Source: Tubiluchus corallicola (taxonomy: Eukaryota > Animalia > Priapulida). From it: a stretch of DNA of 38,525 nt. Shown here piece after piece: positions 25,638 to 35,861 of this stretch. The stretch lies in the NCBI GenBank assembly GCA_030141605.1, contig JAQGDQ010001485.1, positions 1-38,525 of the forward strand, written 5' to 3'. Each line of letters begins with the position of its first letter. Positions within the stretch are counted from its first letter, which is position 1. The notes under the pieces are model-generated. The model ran no database searches and was not told the DNA's origin. It saw nothing but the letters and a program-made list of their open reading frames with translations. The translations under genes were made by a program, and so were the position numbers.

Positions 25638-26192
25638 TTAATGCTCTCCGTGTTCATCTTCCGCTGCCGTCGCTTCCAAGAACTTTCTATATTCTTCCGC
25701 ATCCATCAAATCCTTCAGCTCTTCGGGAGCGGAAATTTCCAGTTTCACTAACCAGCCATCGCCGTAGCAATCGGTGTTTATCAACGACGGTTTCTCCTCC
25801 ACCTCTTTATTTGTCTCCGTCACCTTCCCGGACACCGGACAGTGCATCTCGTTCGCCGCCTTCACGCTTTCCAGCGATCCGAACTCTTCGTCCTTTGCGA
25901 ATTCGGCGCCGACGTCGGGCATTTGCGCGTACACTATGTCGCCGAGAGCATCTTGAGCATAGTCGGTCACTCCGACGGTTCCTACGTTGTCATCGACTTT
26001 GATCCAGTCGTGTTCTTTGGTGTATTTTAGTCCGTCGATGACGTTTTGTCCGCCCGCCTTGGAGGCGAAACATCTAAGAACAGTTAATCTTACTAGCGAC
26101 CTACTGACGTTGAGCCCATGTGGCGGAACTCTGCACAGCGCGTGAGAACTCCTATTGAGGAGTACCGACAGGCACCTTACTGCGTTGATCAT
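25638..26192 (-). CDS. GCSH: Glycine cleavage system H protein (lipoyl carrier), 184 aa, uninterrupted CDS with an Arg/Ser/Leu-rich mitochondrial presequence
   Basis: Motifs KYTKEHDW, GVTDYAQDALGDIVY, ESVKAA (lipoyl-Lys codon at 25860-25862), PVSGKV and YGDGWLVKL. The N-terminal ~45 aa are basic and lack acidic residues. Confidence 0.97.
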   Translation of the reverse strand: MINAVRCLSVLLNRSSHALCRVPPHGLNVSRSLVRLTVLRCFASKAGGQNVIDGLKYTKEHDWIKVDDNVGTVGVTDYAQDALGDIVYAQMPDVGAEFAKDEEFGSLESVKAANEMHCPVSGKVTETNKEVEEKPSLINTDCYGDGWLVKLEISAPEELKDLMDAEEYRKFLEATAAEDEHGEH

Positions 26193-27263
26193 CCTCGGGA
26201 ATGTGATCGAGACCGGACTTCACTTATTCCTGCAAATGGAACAGAGGTTTTGCCAAAATTAATATTGCAAATTTATTTGATGGAGAATTAATGCCAATTG
26301 GAAATTTCATTTACGACTTTATGCATAGATTTGTGAATTCAATAGTATAGCTTTGTTAGCGGACACATAACCGCATCACTGCGATTATCATATAGGTAAA
26401 ATATTTGTTTATCACATTTGTACAAATGCTTAGTAAATAGTTTTTTGCTTCATAGAGTTTACAACTAAATTTGTATATCTGTGTATATACCTTTGTGCAG
26501 CTATGTTGAGTCAAATTGTTAGTATGATCTGGAAATCATTACCCGAGCTCTGCCCGCTGATAAAACCATCGGGTATGCGTCGAGTTTGTAATTCTCATGT
26601 TGGAAATTTGATTTTCAGAAATAAAATATCTATCTATTTATCTAACTACAGAAATGAAGCCATAAAAAGAAAAAAAAAACATTTGGGTACTGTGTGGACA
26701 GAAAAACGATTTATTACAAAAACTTTGATTTATTTTGTTGGTTTCATAAACTTTTTATATAGTTTTTTCCATTTATATTAGGTAGGAGAACAGACATTAG
26801 GCGAAAACAATGCCTGCCCATGTGATAAACTAGTTTGCCTGTAAAAAGTAATTATATTACTACCATAGACACTCTGTATCATTTGACTATGAATTTTAAA
26901 ATTGTTGTTCCGTGAAGTTTACAATGAAAAAAAATCGTCAAACAAAAAATACAAAAGTAAAATAACTTGGCCATTAAGTTTTATAATAAAGTATAAAATT
27001 CAAAATAACAATAAATAAATTTTGTAATTTTGTATAGATCGCGTATATTAAAAACACACCTAGCAGCTGACACTAGATGATATTACACTGCTTACTGCCT
27101 TGTTTCCCAACTCCCTTAAAAAATAAAATCGAGCTTCAGAAGTGTACTGACTAACAAGGACTCCGAGGTACCTTGTACGAAATAATGAGTAAGACTAGTT
27201 TATTCTGGGGTTTGCAACACGCACCTTAATACTGGTGTATATAATTATGCGCACTGCTCTGCT

Positions 27264-27808
27264 AGGATACTGTACAAACGTCAATACCGTACACTACACG
27301 AAGTACAATACTAATACCGTAATAGTGGCACAATAGGGTACTGTACAAACGTCAGTACTGTACACTACACGAAGTACAATACTAATATTATAATAGTAGC
27401 AAAATTGGATACTGTACAAACGTCAGTACTGTACACTGCACGAAGTACAATACTAATACTATAATAGTAGCACAATAGGATACTGTACAAACGTTAACAC
27501 TGTACACTATACGAAGTACAATACTAATGCTATAATGGTAGCACAATAGGATACTGTACAAACGTTAATACCGTACACTACACGAAGTACAATACTAATG
27601 CTATAATAGTACCACAATAGGATATGTACAAACGTTAATGTTGTACACTACACGAAGTACAATAGTAATAGTTAATACTATAATAGTAGTATTGTATACT
27701 GTAATAGGATACTGTACAAAGGTTAACGCTGTACACTACATGAAATACAATACTAATACTATAATAGTAGCACAATAAGATACTGTACACTACACGAAGT
27801 ACAATAGG
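27264..27808. repeat. 71-bp minisatellite, ~7.5 copies, between GCSH and WDR36
   Basis: Unit ggatactgtacaaacgt...tacactacacgaagtacaatactaatactataatagtagcacaata, with starts at 27265, 27336 and 27407. Confidence 0.95.
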
Positions 27809-28579
27809 CACTACTTGATATCATTAATTATATGTGCAATGCTAGTATTATTATTTTCATTTCAATAACAATTACAACCTAAATTAGTTTAGTAAGCCAA
27901 AAGGCTGCTCACCTCATGCACTTCTATGCACCAGTAAATAATTTTCTAGAATAGCACAAAAATGGCTTATCCTACACACGAGGGAAGAATCAACATCGTC
28001 CTTGGCACGCTTTCGTTTTACTGTAGCAAAGCTCGTCTGTGAACAGACTGGAGTAGCTGCTCCTACTGTACAGAATAATACGGTTGCTTCAAACGTTCAA
28101 AATAATAAAAACTAGGAATAAAACTAAGCAAACACTTATATTAAGTTACTTTCTTGCCTGCTTTTAAACTTTTTTTACAACCAACATTAATTAATTGCTG
28201 AATAATAATAATAATAATCTTTTTATTTATCTTGTAACACACGCACAGTTATAATACAATTAATTTGGAAACAAAAATGTGAAGAAAGGGCAGCGAAAGA
28301 CCAATTGGTCATCTAGTCAGCTGCCCTTTTGTTAGTGATGAACATTTTTCTATGCTACAGTGTATTAGTGTTAGTACTGCTTATAATAAAAATTGAATTG
28401 TTACGAATGACATTAAATGATATGCTTATAACGTGTTAGTACAATTCATACACAGTAATAATAAGTGCATAATAAAAAAAAAATCAAACTGAAAATAACT
28501 GAAATAAAACTGAACTGAAATAAGAACTGAAAGTGTTTTACCATGGTTATGAAACTTAGATTAGATATTGTTTGGCAAA

Positions 28580-28690
28580 ATTGCGCTTTCGTAGCAACTC
28601 CCGTTAATTTTGCGTGTTTTTGCATGTACAGCATGCGGTGCACGTGCGTGAAAAGTTTGTGGCGAAGTGCATTTTGTTGTTATTATTAAA
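28580..28690 (+). promoter_or_regulatory. Candidate WDR36 promoter/5' UTR with a canonical E-box
   Basis: CpG-enriched patch with CACGTG at 28641-28646, and a second CACGTG at 28745-28750 in exon 1. Confidence 0.45.
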
Positions 28691-28831
28691 ATGTCAAGCA
28701 GCAAAATATTTGTTGGATATAGAGCTTTGGGTTTTGTCAGCAATCACGTGCCCCTAGCAGTGAGATACGAAAACAGGAGCAGAGAAAATTACGTTGTAAC
28801 ATCAGTGGGAAAATCTTTTCACACGTACAAG
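28691..28831 (+). CDS. WDR36: WD-repeat protein 36 / UTP21 (SSU processome), coding exon 1
   Basis: MSSSKIFVGYRALGFVSNHVPLAVRYENRSRENYVVTSVGKSFHTYK matches the WDR36 N-terminus (F.G.RALG..SN..P; VGKSFHTY). Donor AAG|GTGCTG is weak but phase-compatible. Confidence 0.9.
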
Positions 28832-29554
28832 GTGCTGTGTTTGTAATATCGGGGGCCATTTGAGTTTTAATGTTCGAATATATTTTAATGTCGCTCCATT
28901 TCATCTTTCATTCACTACTCTCCCCCCCCCCTCTTTTATGTATATATTATCATTATTTCAATTATTAATTACTTCTTTAAGATTTCCTCGTACAGTTTGG
29001 CCTGTCAAGCTATGCTTTTACTCTCAAACTGTATGCATCAAAATTATTCTGTAATGTAATTTGTACATGTATATGATGCATAAGAATCTCTTTTGTAATT
29101 GCTGGATAATATTGCATTTATATTTATATTTACTTCAGTGAAATTGTCTGTATTTTTATTATAACTGTTAGATGCAGGGTGGAAATAAATAAACTTATAA
29201 CTTAACTTTAAAATAAATGTTTGTCATGTTAATTCGATAAAAATATTAGCACTGATGCTGCTATACTTCGGTGAGTGCTGGCAAATGGGCTGTCCTAAAC
29301 CGGTTTTAATCGTGTTATTATGAAGATTAATTCTCATTTCTTTCTGACAGTACTGGTACACCACAAGTTGTTGGTTAGTCACTAGATACAGAGGTTTTTA
29401 ACACGCCACAAAGAATTATGTGGTAGTATACTACAAGTAATAAATGCTTGGCTTTGCATACTGGTTTTTTAGAATAACTGCAGTTTGAATGACCGTATGA
29501 TTCTTTGCTAGTGAATGTAATTTTTTTCAAATGATTTTAATTTCTTTTTTTCAG

Positions 29555-29582
29555 TGCTCTAATTTGGGGATCATCGGCATCA
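29555..29582 (+). CDS. WDR36: WDR36 coding exon 2 (28-nt mini-exon)
   Basis: Long T tract then tcag|, translates CSNLGIIGI(S), donor A|GTAAGT. Restores the frame between exons 1 and 3. Confidence 0.85.
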
Positions 29583-29640
29583 GTAAGTAGTGATTTTTTT
29601 TTCAAGTCATAGTCCTACTGCAGCAGTCACACGCGACGCA

Positions 29641-30530
29641 CACCACAATCCTGGTACAGATTATGCAAAACAAGGCATCATTGATAAATCTTTAGAACTG
29701 ATATCAACATAGCACAATCTATTATCTTTCTTCCTACCATTTCCACTAACACATCCTTCTACCCTTCCTGTTTGATCTAACCTTTCTCCCAGTTCTTTTT
29801 GTGTTCACTCATCCATTCTTTTTTTATCAGGTTCACATGACAGTGGGCTTATACAAGCCTTTGCTTCTCTAGCCCACTGCAGTACAATTATTCTTTTATG
29901 ATAACGATAGTGTACGAAACATAATAATTTAATACAGTATGACGTAATAATTTTGATGTCACTGTGTGCTTAATGTCATTATATTGTACTGCAGGGATGA
30001 GAATTTTGTGCGGATACGTGGAATTCCGAGTTTTTGGAAGACCAGTAGTGCCATTTTTGTAAATCGCATGAATTCGTTGAGAAAATTTTTACGGACCCAG
30101 TACATTATTTCACAAGCTGACCGCTAGGTGGCAGGCCGTCACTTTGTTTACATCACGTACATCAGTGTAACCACGTGTATATCTCTATGTATAAAAATAT
30201 AGAATCAATTGTGCGGAGTTATTTGAGTCAATTGCAGACAGTTTTTATATACTTTTGCATAGGAGCAGCCAGTACTTAGGTGTTTTTGAGACAATTAGGT
30301 ATCATGTATCCTTGATAGTTGGGTATTTTAAATTATGCATGAAACAAGGTAATTGATATTTTAAGTCCACTTAGAGGCTCTCTATGGTCACAAAATTGCA
30401 ATTTGTTGCTTCGCCCTGTTGAACCCCCATGGGGCCCTACGTGGCCCCCAAACCCCCAGCCTGTTTCAGATTTTTTTGCAATTTGTCATTCTCATCCCTG
30501 GTACTGAATGTGATAATAACAAACTAAAAC
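29641..30530 (+). mobile_element. Repeat family B copy split by a nested MITE
   Basis: Matches 5214-5590; sequence resumes at gtactgaatgtgata after the insert. Confidence 0.85.
29992..30500. mobile_element. 509-bp non-autonomous DNA transposon (hAT-like TIR) with a 6-bp TSD
   Basis: Perfect 13-bp TIR CAGGGATGAGAAT / ATTCTCATCCCTG. GTACTG is duplicated at 29986-29991 and 30501-30506. Confidence 0.9.
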
Positions 30531-30719
30531 TGGTTACTTAGTCAGTGAAACATGATGTATGCAGTTAGTTTTTTATTAGTGTGTTCCTGTGTTTGATTAC
30601 TCTAGCCATTTTACCGGTTGTTTTAGTTTTCTGTTCAGCTGCCGTCTTTTTTTCAGTAAATAAAAATACTTATACTTTTGTATATTTGAATTCTGACAAA
30701 CTTAAAACCGCTTTTACAG

Positions 30720-30820
30720 GTGACTCTCACCCGGACGACATCACCTGTTTAGCCGTCGACTCTTATTTGGTCTTCACGGCTTGCGGCAAGACAATTCGAG
30801 CTTTTCTTCGACGCAGAACC
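30720..30820 (+). CDS. WDR36: WDR36 coding exon 3 (101 nt)
   Basis: ttttacag|, translates (S)DSHPDDITCLAVDSYLVFTACGKTIRAFLRRRT, donor |GTAAGC. Confidence 0.9.
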
Positions 30821-31415
30821 GTAAGCTGTTTTTACGTCAGATGAAAAGGTTTTCTTTTTTACTTCGTGTGCGCCACATGCGCTAAATACAAGTCCAACAA
30901 TCTTTTAGATGTAATTTATGGTTTTTTTATTGTCCAAAATGGGCAATCATCGTCTCGTCCCAAAATCACTATCACATCATGACATAGGTTGACTGACTGA
31001 CATATTATGTGCGACTCGACTTCGTTTTATCTGAAGCAAATAAAAACATTTTCTGCTAATCCAATGTCAAAAGGATAATTAACTGCTATAATGAAAATGA
31101 ATAATGATATTATGAAATATGAAGAAATCAAACTCACATCTTTGCCGCATCTTACTAACTTGCTAAAGAGAACTCGACTGATGAAATTTTGTTATAAAAC
31201 GACACGACGTGCTGAACAAGAATGACTTCTTTCCTATCCTGTCTGCAAAATGAGGCCAATGGCCTATTTCCTGTCCTAGCTCACCTGTCTATCAACAGCC
31301 TAAATTTGTAAAAAACAAACACAAGGAGGCACCACATGCTTATATCCAAAACACTTCGTTTTTTAAAATGGTAGATTAATCTTAAAGAATATTTAGAGAC
31401 GATAATACCACTTCT

Positions 31416-31829
31416 TAGGGATTGAGCGTCGAACGTTGGAGTTCGAACGCTTGAATTCGATTCGAACCAGTTTTGTTTTGTTTCGAATTCGATTTGAACC
31501 AGTTTTGTTTTGTTTCGAACCTATAACTACGGATTCGAATGATTCCGCACATCAGCTACATATGTTCTTTATCATTAAAACGTTTGAAACATCGTGCAAT
31601 TAGCACAATTTAGTTGTGATTCCTGCGCACAATTTTCAAACAAATTACTACTGTTTTTTACTGCAAAACAAAATCAAGTAATGTGCATGACCTCTGCCAG
31701 ACCTGTTTTTCTTGGCGGTTTGAAAACTTTTTCGAAAATTTTTTAATCTCAATTCGAAATAGTAAAATTAGGTTCGATTCGAATTCGAAAATCACAAATT
31801 CGCTTTCTGGTAGAGAATGCTCACGCTTA
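31416..31829. mobile_element. Family E MITE (TTCGAA-rich, TAGGG..TGAGC termini, hAT-like)
   Basis: Termini tagggattgagc ... gctcacgctta. Reverse complement of 18526-18850. No clean TSD seen. Confidence 0.7.
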
Positions 31830-32070
31830 CTTGCTATAACCTCATCCACTTTAAAGTTCTGTATTTTTTGAAGTTAAGCAGTCTTGGACTCCGACAGGGC
31901 CAGCGTGGTGGTGATGAGACTGAAATTTATCTAGCTTTCAACGACAGTATTTCAAGTTAAGAACTTGCTTTAGACACTTGCGCCCTCTACGGGTTCATAA
32001 TTAATTTTATCTGTACGACTGTTGCTTTTGTTTCAAGTTTGTGTACTGTAGTAGAGTGATACTTTTTTAG

Positions 32071-32188
32071 GTGGAATATTCTTACGAAGGCCATGAAAAT
32101 GATGTCATCCTTTTGTTGCCGTTTGTCAAACATTTGATTTCTGTCGATGAAGGAAGTTGTCTCAAAGTCTGGGACATTCGTTCTTGTG
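32071..32188 (+). CDS. WDR36: WDR36 coding exon 4 (118 nt)
   Basis: ttttttag|, translates VEYSYEGHENDVILLLPFVKHLISVDEGSCLKVWDIRSC(E), a GH...WD repeat. Donor G|GTAAGT. Confidence 0.92.
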
Positions 32189-32469
32189 GTAAGTTTGTAA
32201 CCTGCCTGGCTTAGTTGCTTTTTTAAAGCAAAACCACACCCAATCATAAACTGTAGGTCGAAACAATCTACTTTTTAAAATTTTAAAAGGAATATATATA
32301 CAAATGTATATACAAGCATCTATGAAACTGGTTACAATACTTCCTACTGTGAAAATGATAGATTTTTTTACATTCTTATTGAACTGTATTCATAGCAAAA
32401 TTGATACGAAAATAATTTTGATGTCCTTGTTTTATTTAAATGAAGAAAATGCGCATTTTTTTGTCTAGG

Positions 32470-33335
32470 GCAAAACCAGGATCCAATCTTAAACTGTAGG
32501 TCAAAACATTTTAAAATATTGAAAGGGAATTCCAGGCTATTTTTTCATGCTGTTACATGGATTTTTTCATTCACCAGTTAGATGGAAATTAGTGCCCCCA
32601 TCCCATTGCACAAAAGACAGCTGCTGTACCTGTCAGGTCAGATGTGTTAGTTTGTGACGAACTGCACATGTTTGACAGCTCATGCGTGAGCAGAGTGGTA
32701 AATTTAAAATTTGAATTCTTATCTTAAAACTTGCCTAGTTTTAGTACAACACACTGAAGTTTATACTTTGTTGGGTTTTAATATAGGCTATTTTTTAAAA
32801 ATACTTACGTGAAAAAATTATTACCAAACAAACACAATTTCACATTGGCGCCAGTAGTTCTTCGCTGTTAAATGCATTTCACCATTTGGTACTTAGACGG
32901 GCACTAGCACTTGCATTTTGGAAATGTATTGCACAAAAGAAGGAGCTGTACCTCTGTTCAGATGTGTTAGTTTGTGATGAACTACACACGTTCCACAGCC
33001 AATTTTCGAGCACAGCTGTAATTTTGAAATTTGATTTTTTTTCTTAAAACTTGCCTAGTTTTAGTACAACACACTGAATATCTTACAGTAGCACTGTACT
33101 TCAATTTTCACTTTCACAAACACGTGCAACACGCTCGTGGAGTATTTTTGCCATTGAAAATTATGTTAGTTTGTGATGTCATCAACAGTTAGGCTCACTC
33201 ACTGTTAATTAAGTTTTTAATCTATTATTTAATTATGAGAAACACATTTACAGTATTAATTGTGTTAAAATGTATACTTTTTATCCAGGCTTGAAAAATG
33301 GGGTAGTATATGAAAAATCATGCTGTCTTCCATTT
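32470..33335 (+). mobile_element. Repeat family A, with internal duplication
   Basis: cagatgtgttagtttgtga...cttaaaacttgcctagttttagtacaacacactgaa occurs twice and matches 12980-13400. Confidence 0.78.
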
Positions 33336-33474
33336 AACTTCGTGTGAATGTGAGGTTCCTATGAATTCTCACTGTAGGAGATAAACAGCAGAGTCACCCA
33401 TCCATTCACCGACCATGCTCTACGTTGGTTAACTTGTGGATGACACCTTCGTGTGACAAACCTTTGTTTTGCAG

Positions 33475-33662
33475 AACTGTACACCGAGTTGACCTTCGAC
33501 CCGAGTTCGTTCCAAATCACGGCCCTAGTGCATCCCGCAACGTACCTAAACAAGGTCCTGATCGGAAGTAAGCAGGGGTCACTGCAGCTGTGGAATCTCA
33601 AGAGCGGGAATCTTCTGTACACGTTCACCGGGTGGTTTTCTACGGTGACGGTACTGGAACAG
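33475..33662 (+). CDS. WDR36: WDR36 coding exon 5 (188 nt)
   Basis: ttttgcag|, translates (E)LYTELTFDPSSFQITALVHPATYLNKVLIGSKQGSLQLWNLKSGNLLYTFTGWFSTVTVLEQ with the hallmark HP.TYLNK. Donor CAG|GTTAGT. Confidence 0.95.
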
Positions 33663-33727
33663 GTTAGTAGTACTGGGATTCTTTGTATGCTTGCTTATCA
33701 AAATCGTTCATAAGTCAGCATTTAAGC

Positions 33728-34250
33728 TTTTCTAGTTATTCACATATCCCGAATCTCCATTTCATGAGGATCATTTTGATACCAAGTTCATCACTCTATG
33801 TTATTTCTAAGCTGAGATAATCCACGTTGAAGTTGAGGTGCAGGCTATGCAGTGAAAAATATAATCTTGAGAAAATCACTGTTAAAGTTAGCCATTGTTT
33901 TTTGTCGTGTTTCTACAAAACACCTAGCAGTCGCACAAATGTTGGCTGCCACGGACTTTAAAAGAACACATTGAAGTTACATTTAAATCCAGTAGATGGC
34001 TCTTCCTGACGAAGATCTGGGTTTGGCAACAGAAAAAACCCGAAGCAAAATAACTGCTTCCACGTAATTGGAGTGATTATGAAACTTATGAAAAATTTTT
34101 GTAATTGTTTTTTATAAAAAACAAAACTTTATAATTGCAGTACTAGTTTCTGTCCAGAGAAGTGGGTAAATAGTTATAAAATTAGATTTTTAGTATTTTT
34201 TTGAACATTTGTTTGATAATTGGACGGTTTTGGTTTGCAAGCACACATAG
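33728..34250 (+). mobile_element. Repeat family D copy
   Basis: Direct match to 24935-25525. Confidence 0.85.
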
Positions 34251-35494
34251 ATTGTTAAACCAAAAGGCCTGACAATTTAGGGAATTAGTTTACAATACTC
34301 TAACCTTAACCCAACTCCAAACATGATCCTAACCCTAATCCTAATCTGCTGCATGGACCAATTCCTTGCATGTGGGGAATTGTGAAGTTGGGTCCAATTT
34401 CTTGCTGTATTAGGTCATTTGAAAAAAGTTGATAACATTGATTAAATAATAATAATAATAACATTAGCAAAGGCCCCGCAAAAATTTTGCTTATAAATCC
34501 ACTCATAATCAACAATGCTCGAACATCCTACCTAGTATTTGTTTATTTACCCAATGCAAAGACAGCTGCAGCTTTTACTAAATTAAAGCTATAAGATTAT
34601 AGGCAGAGTATGATGGATGACGTCACAACAATGGCTTTGAGTCAGCAGTTTTCCAGGCGAAAATTGCCGAAAATAGAACATCTAATTAACTCGCCGGTAC
34701 TCCTCTTGGTGGACCTGTCCTAACATATAGCTTACATCATCATGTAGCCCTGTTCTTCTTCTTTCTAAAGAGCCGTACTTCTCCTTCCGAGAGTACCACC
34801 AGGCGCCACTAGAACGTTTTTTCTGCAGGCTGTTTGGTCAAAATTTCGAAAAAATCGTGAGTTGGGTCCGGGAAAACGCCCGTTGCGGGACGCCGTGGCC
34901 CTCTCGCAAATTCTAAATACACCTATGACACTCACTGCTGAACGGGCTATCTAGCACCACCCCCGGTCCGTTTTCGCTCTTCAGAAATAAGAGGTATAAG
35001 TTTTGCAAAAAACGTCCGAAAAATTGTCATTTTTGGAGGTTTTTCGCCCCCCCATTCCTCCCGGGGGGCCCCATTCGAAAAAAATCAGAACATTCGTAAC
35101 ACATGTTTCCCTAACTAAGCAAAAGTACAATTTACTGTAGCTTCTCAATAAGATTAAAAATAACTTTTTGGTGAACCAGTGGTGCACACTGGGAAAGGTG
35201 AATCAGTGACATTTTACCAGTTGGCTCAAATATTTTAAATCGTTAGAAATTTTTTTCTGGTTGCATAAGTCATTCAAGCAGGTAACTCCCTAACGTAAGG
35301 TTAAGTAATATAACATTGTATGGAAAGTTTTTAGGGATAATTCCCCCTTTTTTCCTTTCAAGACTGCGCCATCGAAAGAACCGTTTTTGACCGAAGCCAA
35401 CACTGGACTCGAAAATCCTCGACTCTTTCTTTCCTCTTTCATTTTTTGAAAAGTTGAAATTTTCTTAATTCTCGTGCATTTGTTTTGACAACAG

Positions 35495-35627
35495 GCGCCG
35501 GCAATCGACGTCGTCGCCGTTGGTCTGGCGAGCGGCGCCATCGTCGTTCACAATATCAAGTACGACGAAACCGTGATGAAGTTTTGTCAAGATTGGGGAC
35601 CGGTAACGGCGCTGACGTTCAGAACAG
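35495..35627 (+). CDS. WDR36: WDR36 coding exon 6 (133 nt); gene continues beyond the window
   Basis: acag|, translates APAIDVVAVGLASGAIVVHNIKYDETVMKFCQDWGPVTALTFRT(D), donor AG|GTACGC. Confidence 0.95.
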
Positions 35628-35861
35628 GTACGCGCTTTTCATCTGTTTCCGAAGGTAGTTGATTTTATTGTATGTAGAAATATTAAACAGCGATGATTGC
35701 TGTGAAAGTCATGTCTGAAGTTGTAGATCACTCACTTTGTTATGATTGAGTTTAGGCACAGAAGTATGAATGAACAAGAGTAAAAAATCTATAATACATA
35801 TTTGCACTGCACACAACAGAAACGTGTTTATTAAAACTACAGACACATGAGTAGCATGACT

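Noticed and set aside
23494-25640. H-P fusion protein
   Set aside because: GCSH ends in TAA at 25638-25640 with no evident donor just before it, and GLDC has its own ATG and presequence.
25774-26030. Plus-strand ORFs overlapping GCSH
   Set aside because: Antisense shadows of a GC-rich coding sequence.
25638-26192. Bacterial contamination or recent horizontal transfer of gcvH suggested by high GC
   Set aside because: It has a mitochondrial-type presequence, an upstream splice-acceptor-like site and animal-like residues. WDR36 exons 3, 5 and 6 and GLDC exon 4 are similarly GC/CpG-rich, and flanking repeats are shared with the rest of the window. Only a phylogeny could revive the idea.
23495-28690. 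Glycine riboswitch upstream of the GCS genes
   Set aside because: I saw no GGAGA...CCGAAG...CTCAGG aptamer pattern on the minus strand. An Infernal/Rfam scan would be definitive.
30821-33474. Apparent missing WDR36 exon (possible pseudogene)
   Set aside because: The exon is present at 32071-32188 with correct phases; it is simply absent from the ORF track.
34300-34347. Interstitial telomere
   Set aside because: Only a few degenerate CCTAA-like units, more consistent with a transposon-internal motif.
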